64,000 nucleotides of DNA from Eledone cirrhosa (Eukaryota). The position numbers and the translations under genes were made by a program. Location: contig OZ024741.1 of the NCBI GenBank assembly GCA_964016885.1, forward strand, positions 147,498,001 through 147,562,000. The letters are read 5' to 3'. The notes under the pieces are model-generated. The model ran no database searches. It worked only from the letters and a program-made list of their open reading frames with translations, and was not told the DNA's origin. Every line of letters begins with the position of its first letter. The stretch's first letter is position 1. Below are positions 26,976-38,807 of the stretch, piece after piece.

Positions 26976-26996
26976 TATCTATCTATCTATCTATCT

Positions 26997-27561
26997 GCTG
27001 TCGCGTATGGGACAAATACAGTTGACTGCCGAGTCCATAGTAAGGATCAAAGCGCCAGACTCTTTCAAAAACGAAAGAGAGGCGGTTTTCCTCTGTACGG
27101 TGGCTATGGTGAAAGAAGTTATATGGTGGACGAGGTTGAGAGGACTGAGGACAGATGCCTTTCTCTCCGGACAACAATTGATTCCCTTCTTTAAGTATCA
27201 CTTTAGAAGGAGAATCAGGGTGGAGAGAGAGGCACTGCACCCCAGTAAATTTACTGAAAGGTGGGTGAATGAAGCGAAAATGGCCCGAGTGATTGGGCCT
27301 TCTCTGTTTATAAGCCTGTAGGTTGAGGAAGAGAGCAAAAGGAAGAAAGGAGCACTTGCACAACACGCTCCTCGAGTTGAGGGTTGTTCTATCGACGGGG
27401 TATTAAACAACCCATTTGTGGCGCCTCCCCCCCCCCCCCTATTGGGGATTTCGATTGTTGAAATTGTTTGTTTTTATATTTTTTACACGACTGTATGTAA
27501 AATCCCCGGCATGTCTTTGTATTGTCCCCTTTCTTGTTGCGCCCTTGTGGCTAATAAAGAA
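26997..27561 (+). mobile_element. 5'-truncated Tx1 copy in tandem, with (TATC)n tail 27562-27590
   Basis: Near-identical to 26415-26975, AATAAA at 27553. Confidence 0.93.
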
Positions 27562-27889
27562 ATCTATCTATCTATCTATCTATCTATCTAGAAACATATC
27601 TCTATATTTTTCTATCTATATGTACACACACCCATGTACCCACAAAGAATCGAGAGGAGTCTTTAGTTGTGTCAGGGGCCTGGCAACTCCTTTAGTGTTT
27701 GTAATCTGCATAATAAATGCACCCAGTTAACTCTGAAAGATCAGTAGATCCATTTGAGTACTGATTGGATTGAGGCAGAATGTCGAATCCTTTCTAGCAG
27801 GGAAAACGGATATTAAACGATGATGAGGCGGATGAAGAGGAGGAGAAGGGGGAATATGAGGAGAAGGAGGAATATGATGATGATGATAT

Positions 27890-28975
27890 ATATACAAAAT
27901 TGTAATGTAAAGTCCATTGTCTACGAAGCAGAGATTAAATATACAAACACCAACCAGCCAGAAACTCGTGGAAAATATTTGGGTATGGCGCAAGAACGAG
28001 TTAAACAAAAATTTTACTCGGACCTCTCCTCATTTAGGTATCCCGATATGAAAACTAGCACAGCGCTGGCAAAAAGACGCCATACATAAATGGAACTAAG
28101 AGATGCCCACTCTGCCTCAGTAAAAAATTTAAGATTCTGCAAGGACTCACCAAACAAGTATCTAAAATCCAAAATTGAATTACTTAGACATTGTTTGCAT
28201 CGGAAAAGCCATTTCCTGTCCAACTGGAAACCCACACCCCAAGATACACCCTCATTAAACCTGCTAAATTCTCCATGAACCTATTTTGCTATCACCTACA
28301 CATGCACAAAAATACGCATATAACAGATTCCCAAGCACACACACACACACACACACACACACAAGATATACACTACCTTACAAAGTCCCTCGATTTTTGA
28401 GTGTTCTGGTTTTAATTTTTAAAGAAACTTTTAGAAGTCGTTTAAGATTTACAAAATTACATTACACACTACGTAAAAACATACATTTCTAGTCAAACCT
28501 GTCTATACAACTTCCATTAAGGGTATGAGAGAAAAAAACATTCGTCCAATCCTCCATTTCTGTAAGAGAATTATCTCCCTTTGTTTTTTTTTGAAGATGA
28601 ACAGTTGACGATATACGACCTATTGTAATGAGCTCCTTTAAGGTTTTTTAAGATCTGTTTTTAATTCACAACTTAAGCCATGCACATATTATACATACGC
28701 ATCTATTCAAATCAAATTACACATACCCCTCTGTACGTATAGTGATGTATTAGTATAATCTGGGATGTTTTGGGGAATTACCTCCTTTGCTCTTGAAGAG
28801 AACTCTCCACGAAATATAACCATATTTCGTGAAGTAACGGTTTTTCTTTAAATATTTGTCCTTACACCTGACGAGTGAGGTCAGTTTTAGAATAACTCCT
28901 CCACTATATAGTGGTGGCCACAACTAGACCCCGAAATCTAAGTTCGCACAAGCATGTTAAACATGAAATTTTAAT
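27890..28975 (+). mobile_element. Penelope-like element 3' remnant (GIY-YIG endonuclease C-terminus and downstream region)
   Basis: NCNVKSIVYEAEI..YLGMAQERVKQKFYSDLSSFR..STALAK, CPLCLS, KSKIELLRHCLHRK match the Penelope GIY-YIG pattern. A hammerhead-like CTGACGA..GAAA motif lies at 28868-28936. Confidence 0.75.
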
Positions 28976-29015
28976 ACACAACCACACACACACACGCGCA
29001 CATACACACACACAT

Positions 29016-29089
<74 letters not shown>

Positions 29090-29091
<2 letters not shown>

Positions 29092-31320
29092 CTATCTATC
29101 TATCTATCTAGGGCGGGTAAAATTCCCGTGATCCATGGACGAGTTCTCTCCAGCGTTCTTTGTTCCTCATCATCGCTGCCATGTCCTGCATCTCCAAGAG
29201 ACCGGTGTCTGTCCTTAGGGCATCAACATATGTCAACCTCGGTCTCCCTCTTCTAGTGTTCCCGTGCAGGGGCTTCCATAGGAGCACTGAGTACAGTGTC
29301 AACGCTGGATGTCGGTCAGCATATCCAGCTAACCTGTCTACTCTGTGCTACTTTCGAGCTGATTTTTGGGAGGCTCCCATATAGTTTTGAGTTCTTCATC
29401 CTCAGTGTATACTGATTAATGTTCAGAGCCATCCTCAGCATTCTCGTGTAGCACCCATCCACCATCTGAGTACGTTTCTTGGTCAGTGTCCAAGTCTCAG
29501 ACCTGTGCAGCAGCACAGACTCCACTGCAGCAACGAAAAGACGGATCTTCAGGTCTTCACGAAGGTCCGACTTCCACACCGATCTCAAACTGTGGCACGC
29601 CTCCCAGGTTTTGCTCTTCCTCTCAATCACATCATTCTCTATGTTTCCAATTTTTGCTCCCAGATACAGGAAGTCCTCAACCAATTCTAGCGGCTTCCTG
29701 CCTACATTCATAATCTTCTCTGGTTTCTTAATATTCTCTACTAGATACTTCGTCTTAATCTCATTCATTCTCAGCCCCACACTCATCAACACAGTCTCTA
29801 CCTCCTGCATCAACTCCTTTGACTCCTTCACTGTGTTTGTCACCAGAACTATGTCGTCAACAAATTCAGCATCTGACATATTTTTTGCCTTAACTCTCCG
29901 GCTCTGAGCCAGTGCCACAGTAAAGCCAGAGTCCTGGTGTTTCTCCAGCGCAAGGCGCATACAATAGTCCACACTTCTCTCTCCTCGGCACCGGGGTCTC
30001 ACTTGCTTCCGCCACTGCATTGGTGAAGTACCCATACCTCCTAGTCACACTCTCCTCAGTCCCTCCAATCTCTCTCCTCGCCTCACCACACAGAGCACTG
30101 AACCTGTTCCTCACTTCTACTGTGAACCTCTCCTGTAGCTTATCATCTTCCCTGAAAGCTCCCAGTTATCGATTGCTCTCCGGGGCTGAGCCTTACTCTT
30201 TCTTAAGCTTACCTGGACTTCACTCATAACAAGCCGGTGGTCACTGTCCAGTGTACTGAAAGAATTGTATGGTTCTGTGTTCAGAACACTATTCCGCCAC
30301 TTTTCCTCACCAGAATGAAATCAATCTTGGACTTGGACAGGCGCATATCAGAGATGTAGGTCCACATCTTCCCCGGATTTTTCCTAAACCCTAGGTTGGT
30401 TGCCATCAAGTTCGCCTCCAGCAGGGTGTCTCTCAGTAGTCTTCCATTTCGGTTGGTGTTGTTATGTAAGTACCAGCAAGGATCTTCACTGCTATCCTTA
30501 CTCAGATGTACATTGAAGTCACCCAGAACAAGCAGGATGTTATGAGCCGGTGTGGTGTTGACAGCTCTACACACTTCCTCATGGAACTCCTCCGCACTCA
30601 CATCACTGTCTCCCTCGGTTGGACTATAGGCTGAGATGACTGTCAGTCTTGGGTTTCCATTGAAGGTCACCCTCAACACTCGCAGGGAGACAGGTATAAT
30701 TTCTCTCACCAATAGATTGGTTTTTGCACTGAACACAAAACCCACTCCTCCTACTGCAGTATTCGTTGTGTTCCTCACTGCTGATGTGGTGATGAGCTGA
30801 CTCCACTTCCCAATCATCACTCTCTTCACGGGCTCATCATGTAGGATCCTGTGTTCTTGAATCGCAAGTATCTGCATACCACTCTCCTCGAAAAGGTGAC
30901 CCAACTCCTCTCTCTTCTCCAGCGTCCGAACAGTCCTCACATTCAGAGTGCCGATTTTAATCGCTATTCTGCAAGAGAAAACTGCATTCTTTATATTTGT
31001 CTCAGAGACATCTGATCCATCATCCACTGGCCCTTCTCTAAACCAGCAGAGTCATAATGACCAGACTGCTCCTTGACAGAGTAATTAGGGGCTCTAACCC
31101 TAGTGCTATTAAATCCACTCTCCATTGTTCTTTTCAATGGCTGATAATACCTTACGGGCGCCACTCGAATAAGGTAATTATTTAACCCATAAATGGGGCC
31201 CTAACAGGTACTACTACTCCGGGCCAGAGAAGACCTGGGAGTGATAACAACTAAGGAGAAACTCCACATTCCCCACAGCTCCTGAACTCCCGAACTGGAG
31301 CCTTGCCACTGAATGCAGTT
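29090..31320 (-). mobile_element. RTE/RTEX-like LINE, internally deleted, with (ATAG)n tail
   Basis: APE ORF 30281-31027 (GTLNVRT, AIQEHR, SAYSPT, LGDFN, IDFIL). RT C-terminal part 29316-29960 (EFVDD, FLYLG, SETWT). RGRPR..W terminus whose TAG runs into the ATAG tail. Confidence 0.88.
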
Positions 31321-31434
31321 ATATAACTGTATACTATCAGACTTCATATATAGGTTCGATTAGACCGTCTTCCGAAGAAGACAGTTTAATCGAACCTATG
31401 TATGAAGTCTGATAGTATACAGTTATATAACTGC
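31315..31434. repeat. 120-bp near-perfect palindrome (58-bp arms, CGAA loop)
   Basis: gcagttatataactgtatactatcagacttcata..gtcttc CGAA gaagac..tatgaagtctgatagtatacagttatataactgc, with 3 mismatches. Confidence 0.92.
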
Positions 31435-31663
31435 TCAACCCTCCGAAACAATCGTAAAACAATGATATGAATTGGTAAAATAACTTGACTTTGTTGTTAT
31501 TATTTTCATTGTTAAATTAATACCTGATATCTGAATCTGTATCTAAGGAATTAACTCAACGGAACACGGAACTTTTCTATGGATTTCACTGGATTACTCC
31601 CCATGAGATTACACTGAGTTCTATCCACGGTACAGACCCTACCACCAAGGGTAGACCACATTG

Positions 31664-31702
<39 letters not shown>

Positions 31703-31716
<14 letters not shown>

Positions 31717-32245
31717 TTTCGTATCTCCAAAGAAATACCGTTTTAGGAAGCCGTAGCTATGCAAACACCGGGGGGATAACGCCCTCTGGTGATGTCCAGC
31801 AGAAGCAAGGGGGACAAGCGTTTCAGGCTTAATTGGCCTTCGTCAGGACGGTCCCTCCCACCGCTTGCGACTGCTAGACTAGAAGACAGGCGAGAATATA
31901 TACTTTTCTCGTCTGTGTAAATGAGGTGATTAATCTCATTTGCATATGAAGCTGCATAAGTTGGCTCAACTTATAATAAAAAAGAAATAGGATTTCGCTT
32001 CAAGCATAGCTTCAGCCTGTCTTCTAGTCCAGCAGTCGCAAGCGATGGGAAGGACCGTCCTGACGAAGGCCAGTTAAGCCTGAAATGCATAGACGGTTGT
32101 CCCCCTTGCTTCTGCTGGACATCACCAGAGGGCGTTAGTCCCCCGGTGTTTGCATAGCTACGGCTTCCTAAAACCGTATTTCTTTGGAGATACGAAATAT
32201 TTATATATATTGTATAAAGCTATGCTTGAAGCGAAATCCTATTTC
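31703..32245. mobile_element. Inverted-repeat element with hammerhead motifs (Penelope pLTR-like, non-autonomous)
   Basis: About 180-bp arms (31711-31890 and 32016-32207), an extra 29-bp inverted pair (31984-32012 and 32217-32245), TA-repeat flanks. Confidence 0.75.
32053..32098 (+). ncRNA. Minimal type I hammerhead ribozyme
   Basis: Helix I gaccgtc/gacggtt, core CTGACGA, helix II aggc/gcct, GAAA, palindromic helix III ATGCAT, NUH triplet AUA (cleavage 3' of 32091). Confidence 0.85.
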
Positions 32246-32832
32246 ATATATATATATATATATATAACTCCGTTTTTTAATTTGATATATATATGTGGGG
32301 GGGGGGGGGTGGAAAAGGAAAATGTCTCTTGTATTCCTGGAATTGTGGTCATTATTGGGCCTGGAAGCCATGAGTAGCGCTTTTGTTCCGTGTATGAACA
32401 TAAATACTATAATATATATATATTTCACAAACATATTTTCTTTTAAAGTTTGGCAAAGAAACAGAATATTACTTATTCCATTCAGAAGTGATACATATGG
32501 CGACAAGAAACGACGCAAAGAACGGCTCTCCTACCTAAACATAATATTCTCACCGAAAACTGCCCTCTTAACACATGTCAGATGGATTACAATATTCATT
32601 ATTGCAAATACTTTCACTATTCCCTGACTTGTAGAACCAGTTTCAATATAACATCCCTTTAACGAAGTAAATCTGATTTTCGCCAACAAACCACGGGTAG
32701 ACATGAATGATAAAAAATAATAAATCACTACATCCCGTCGGCATCACATTAAGTACACCCCAAATTCTATAAACAGCAATATACACACACATATACACAC
32801 AGAGTGAAAAGAAATCACATTATTTCGTATGA

Positions 32833-33010
32833 ATTGGCAGTATCGGCAGAAGGTCGGACGCCATGCTTTGCAGCATAGAGGTGCGGTCCTTTACGGTCTG
32901 AGTTCAAATCCCGCTCAGGTTAACTTTGCCTTTCATCCTTACGGGGTTGATAAAATAAAGTACCAGTAAGTACTGGGATAATTGCTGGCCTTGTGCCAAA
33001 AGTAGAAACA
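32833..33010 (+). mobile_element. tRNA-derived SINE (family 1), 5'-truncated, 14-bp TSD
   Basis: A-box-like tggcagtatcgg, B-box gagttcaaatccc, core ctttgcctttcatccttacggggt. TSD attatttcgtatga at 32819 and 33011. Confidence 0.9.
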
Positions 33011-33107
33011 ATTATTTCGTATGAGAGACACTATAGTAACCATCGTAATGTTGGACATAAAGCACTCTGGTCATTGACTTCCTTTCTAACCCACATACAC
33101 CTTTTAA

Positions 33108-34153
33108 TCTACTATATAAATTGGAAGTGGTCGGACGTTTTATATTTAAGTAAGTAAGTAAGTGTAGTCGTATAAACGTCGAAACGGCTTGGTGGAATTC
33201 AGCAAAAATTTACACAGTGATGCAGAATGACCCGAGGAGGCGTTGGGTCGACTTTTAGGGTACAAGCTTCCATGGTTACGGAGAAAATCGATGAAACAGG
33301 AATTTCCATTCAAATTGAACTGAGAGTAATCTGTGAACGCAGAAGTAAATATTTCGACAAACGTTCCAACCGAAGGAAAACAGGAAAACGATATTTTGGT
33401 TCGTGAAGACGTTCCTTGGCAATGAACGGAAAAAAGGCGAGGATAATACGTCGTTATGTGGAGCGAGAAGAACAATTTCATGCAAAGACAAGGCCAAGTT
33501 TATGGTATAAATGGAGTCGTTAGACTAATATTCTATTTAGCATAACAGAATGATTTCCAGCCCCGGAGTTTAAGATGATGCAAAATAAAATTGAAACGAA
33601 AATGACAGAGGTTATTAAAATAGTAAAAGTAAATAGTGAGATTAGACCAGTACATACGTATGCTCCGAAGAACATTCACATACATACGCACACACAAATA
33701 CATACCCCCCCCCCCACACACACACAAACACTAGCGCGCGTTTCTACAGTATTTTCACCAACTTAAGACATAGGTTACTTATGTACTCCGGATGGTCATC
33801 GGCACTTTCATTTTCCAGATATTGATTATAGGGTCTCCCGGCAGATAACCCCCTTTAACCACTTTCTTGGAGTCGACTGAAGCACTGCAGTGCATGCAAC
33901 AAAATGTAATAACTTCTGGAGTTCGCAACCGATTTTCACAAAACTTGACACATGGGCTACGTTTGTCCTACAGATGAATGTGAACTCTCAGATTGGCACA
34001 TATTGAGTAGGGGACGCCTGGGGGCAGAACCCCCTTTTGAAAAAGCCGATGATTTTGTAAAAGTATAGTTTTCGAAGCAGCACTGAAGTATTGACATAAA
34101 TGGTATACACAACTGCTATTTAATACCCGAGCAACGCCGGGTACCTCTGCTAG
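33108..34153 (+). mobile_element. Non-autonomous Helitron
   Basis: A|TCTACTATATAAA 5' end, 3' hairpin tacccg-agcaacgc-cgggta, then CTAG|T. Pairing of the two ends is inferred. Confidence 0.7.
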
Positions 34154-34319
34154 TTATATATACGTGCGGAGATATTTTGTATACACACACACAATACTTA
34201 GGAAAACGTTAAAAAAAAACATTTTATTTATATCGTTAACAAGTGTGCTAAACTAACGCAGCATATCCTATTTGTTTACATTTTGTTCTACTTTACGGAT
34301 AGACAGACAGAACAAAATT

Positions 34320-37300
34320 GCTATGGTAACATCTATGGATGAAGTGTGTGATAAAACTGGTTACTGTTCCAAAATAGAACATTGCCCAGAAAATCCCGAC
34401 TGTCATCTATGCACAGAACCCAAGAACTCCTTCGAAACCGATGGGTTGAATGTGGTAAATGTCGTGTTTTCTGTCCTTCAATGTGCCAAACTTTCGAAAG
34501 ATCCCAGGCAAAAAAAGAGACACCATATTTCTATGATGGACTCTGGGAAATGGTCCAACTACCAAATTGGTACTTTCAGTGACTGGACTGTGTGTCTGCC
34601 TCTCTACCATTGCTGTTCAACTACAACAACAAAAACCGACGACCGTCTCTTCTTCTACACTTGTTGCTGAACAACGGCAAAAACCGACGACCATGGTTTC
34701 CTCTACCATTCCCTGTTGAAGAATATCAACAACAACCGCAACGATATGTCTCCCGTTACTTCCTCAACAACAACAACCGACGACCTAGTCTTCCCCTACC
34801 ATTCCTGTTGAAGAACAACAACCGCAACCCATCAATACGACAAATGATTTCTGCTTTAAGCCGAGAAATGGCAGGAATCAAATCAATCATTCGTGTAGAA
34901 CATCACAATGAAAGATCTTACCGGTGTACCTTGCTAAAAAATCTCCCTGTTGCTCTTGCCGAACCTAGATGCATTGAGAAAGCCACTGAATCTGTCAATC
35001 ACGAAGTAATTGCCATTGGTGTATCAGAAACGATAGCTGATCTTCAGACATTGCTGCCAGCTCATCCAAAGACCTAGACTGTGCTCCCCCAAAAGATGCT
35101 CTCTGCCTTGGTCGACCAGATCCAAACCGCAGACTAATTAGTCTTTTCAAACTCTACTGAGGCTCGTTCATACCATTTAGCCTCTGATAAAGCTAGGCGT
35201 GAAAATTGGATTACCTTTGGAACACGCCCTGACTACCACCTGATGTACATTCAAAGCTACGTTGCTGCAGCTTCCTTAAATCGCAACTCAGCACAACATG
35301 AAAGCTTCAGCCTACGTGACGATGGGCAAATATAGAAGTTTATTAAGCTGGTGAAACATGGAAAAGAGATACCAGCTGGTCTGAGCACACTGTACCCACA
35401 ATAGCTGGCAATGAAAAAGCTGTGGGAAACTAAATCAGAACAAACGGCCATCCCCTACATATCATCATAAACTGAAATCAAGCTACAAATTGTTGTCCTT
35501 AAACTCTATGCAACAAGATACATCTTTTTGATTCTTACGTCGAAAGTATCGACCCTGATTTCATTACAGACACGGAAACATGGGCATATTCCTTACTCTG
35601 TGATGGGGTTTCAACTTGTTTCACAAAGACCGTGGTGGTGGTGTGATGTTCTATGTTCATTCAAACTTTTCAACAATTCCTTGCTTTGCTTTGAACAAAT
35701 CACAAGAAGTATTTTTCTGCGATATACGTATGGCCATGTCAACATTGCTACTTGGAGTTGTTTACTGCCCAACAAGAAGTGACAACACTTTGGATCCACT
35801 CTTTACCACTACTCCTGAAATTATTAGTGTTACTACTGAGGAAACTTTAGGTGACTCTGATCATACTATGATCATTGCCAATCTGTCTCTTATGGGTAGT
35901 AACAAAAATCACAGCCATCGCCCAACCTGGCTTGAATTTTACGACTCTGGAGATGTGAACACTATACTTCAGAACATTCTGAACTCAATATGGACAGGAT
36001 GTGCAGCATCAGTAACACATAAGCACAAAGAATAACCCAAAGGTGCAATTTTGGAGACTGCAGCAGTCAGACTTGCCAGGAAAGAACGCTGTAATGCTGA
36101 ATGGGAATACAAACTGAATAAATCAGAAATCAATATAAAAAAAGCGCAATATATCATCCAACCATCTGAAGCAGATGACAAAAAGGGCAGAGCTTGAATT
36201 TGAACAGCACATAGCAACCAGCCCTGACAGTAAGGTGTTCTGGAAATATGTACATTTAAAGCAGAGACCTCAATCTCCAGTTGGTCCTCTTCACAATCCC
36301 GACACAAACCAGATTACTGATGATCCCAAAGAATGCACAGAACTCATTTCTGAATGATATGCAGGCATTTTTACTGTTGGAAACCAAATCTTACCATCTC
36401 TACTGTCGTCCAGTCAGTATTACTAACTGCATTTCCAAACTGATGGAATCATGTGTCAGGGAAACACTCTGGAACTTCTGGAATTCTCACAGCCTTATCC
36501 GGCCCTTGCAATCTGGATTTATCCCTAATTCCAGCTGCTGTGATCAACTTATCAAGTTTCTTGAAGAAATCACCCGGATCACTGATGGCAGCTCATGGGT
36601 GGATGTTATTTACCTTGAAGTGCGGTGGATTGGCAGTATCAGTAGAGGGTCGGACGCCATGCTTTCCAGCATAGTTACGTCCCTTTACGATCTGAGTTCA
36701 AATCCCGCCAAGGTTGACTTTGCCTTTCATCCTTACGGGGTCGATAAAATAAAGTACCAGTAATGCACTGGGTAATTGCTGGCCTTGTGCCTAAAGTAGA
36801 AACAGTTATTTACCTTGACTTTGCTAAAGCTTTTAATTCTGTTCCACACAAAAGACTTATGGCAAAACTCTCTGCAATGGGTGTAAAAAATTATCTTTTT
36901 AACTGGTTGAAGTCCTTCATTCTCAGTCGAAAAGAGGTAGTCACGGTTCCAGGACAGCATTCTTCACCCTATGAGATGTCATCTGATGTACCACAGGGAT
37001 CTGTTCTTGGTCCCCTTTTGTTTGTTGCATATATTAATGAATAGATGCCAAATTAAAGAATTCCACAGTGCTGAAATATACAGATGACATCAAGCTGTAC
37101 CTTTAGATAAAAAGAACAGATCCTGAACACTACAGATCTTTCCTGCAAGCAGACCTGGACACAATGCAACAATGGATCATGGACTGATAACTCAAGCTGG
37201 CTGTGGACAAGTGTACCACCATGCATTTTGGGAGGGAAAACCCATCATCCCCATACTCCCTCCACAACACTAATATTAAGAAAGTCTTCTTGTGAACATG

Positions 37301-38048
37301 ACCTGGGCATTAGTCAGCAGCGATTTACGTTGGACAAAGCACATCTCTAAAATTGTCAAGAAGGCCGAGGGTGTTTTGGTATCATTCAGCAAGACCTTTG
37401 TCAGCCACTCTCCAGATATCTATTTAAAGCTGTATATAGCTATGGTGCGGCCACAATTAGAATTTTCATCACCAGTCTGGAACTCCTATCTTTCTCAGAA
37501 CATTGACCTCTTGGAAATTGTTCATGGACGTGCAACCAAGCGAATACTCTCCATCAGGCATCTACCATACTCTGAACGCTTTACTTCCCTTGGTATGAAT
37601 ATGTTGAAGCTCTGACATCTGGCAACTGACTTGGTAAACACCCACAAAATTATTAACTATCTTGCCAACAACAACCCTGAGTACCTTTTTGATTTCCATG
37701 TGTCTAACACACATGGGCATGCCCACAAAGTCAGAAAACAGCACAGCTCCCATGTTTTCGGAAACCTTTTTTCACGCTCAGAGTTGCTGAAGCATGGAAC
37801 AGACTACCTGCATCAGTTGTTAGCTGTCGAGACACTGCATCATTTAAAACCTCCATGCTTCCTGAGATTCGCCAACACTACACCTGATATCTCCCCTCTA
37901 TACACACGCACACATGTATATCATGACTCATACACTATTCACTTCCCTGACATTTGTACATTATTCTATGTACTATACATGCACCTGTGATGAGTTGTAG
38001 TGCACCTGAGCACTGTACACAATAATTTCATTATTATTATTATTATTA
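34320..38048 (+). mobile_element. CR1-clade LINE, near full-length, decayed
   Basis: Frameshifted PHD-like CHLC..WVECGKC..LQC in the ORF1 region. APE DRGGGV and LGDSDH. RT RPVSITNCISKLME, IYLDFAKAF, VPQGSVLGPLLF, YTDD. 3' stem-loop near 37998-38015 and (ATT)n tail. Confidence 0.85.
36619..36804 (+). mobile_element. SINE family 1 inserted in the CR1 RT domain, 14-bp TSD
   Basis: TSD gttatttaccttga at 36605-36618 and 36805-36818, duplicating the VIYL codons. Confidence 0.93.
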
Positions 38049-38249
38049 TATAAGACATCAATCTTTCCAGCAAACTAAATCTCCAGAAAGATAGAGGGAC
38101 TAATTAGATACGCATTAGAAACTCTCCGAACTTTCAAAGAAATATAAACTAGAATGTGTGCAATTCAAAAGGGTGTTCTTTTATTTTAAGTAGATACTAA
38201 TCTCTGATTAATAATTCCATTTTACATTCATTTAAAAAATGAATTATGA

Positions 38250-38535
38250 GTGTTCCAGTTGACTTGATCAACGGAAGTCTACCTGTGAAATTAACAAGCT
38301 AGTGGATGAGAATTCTTCAGATATCAACACAGTTCTCAGGGAGATTCAGCATGACAATGTGTGTAACAAGGCTGACCCTTTGAGTTACAGATACAACTCA
38401 TTTTTCCAGGTGAGTGGGCTAGAGCAATGTGAAATGAAGTGTCTTGTTTAAGGACACAATGCACCAGCCAGAATCAAACTCACAACATTATGATCATGAG
38501 CTAAAAGCTCTAAACACCTAGGCATGTGCCTTCAC
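38250..38535 (-). mobile_element. tRNA-derived SINE (family 2), decayed
   Basis: Reverse complement contains gtgtccttaaacaagacacttc. Homologous to 46495-46800 and 43100-43255. Confidence 0.7.
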
Positions 38536-38807
38536 TATTTTAACCGTTAGGAAGATTTTAACCTCACACTTATTTCTGTATTATTTTCCTCTGATGTCTG
38601 TATTAAATTTCGTCTGATTAGTTTCTTACAAGGTCACAGACGTGTAAAGATTTAGAATTCTATTGTGTCGAGTCTAATGCATAATGATTACTTATTTTAT
38701 TCATACCAGGGGAATTAAAAAAGCAAAGGTAATAACAATGGAATTTAAACTCATAAGAATATAATATATTCTGAAATATACATTAGATCATCACGATTTA
38801 CCAATAG

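Noticed and set aside
32833-33010. tRNA genes
   Set aside because: The A/B boxes belong to SINE heads. There is no cloverleaf, and they are followed by the SINE core and tail.
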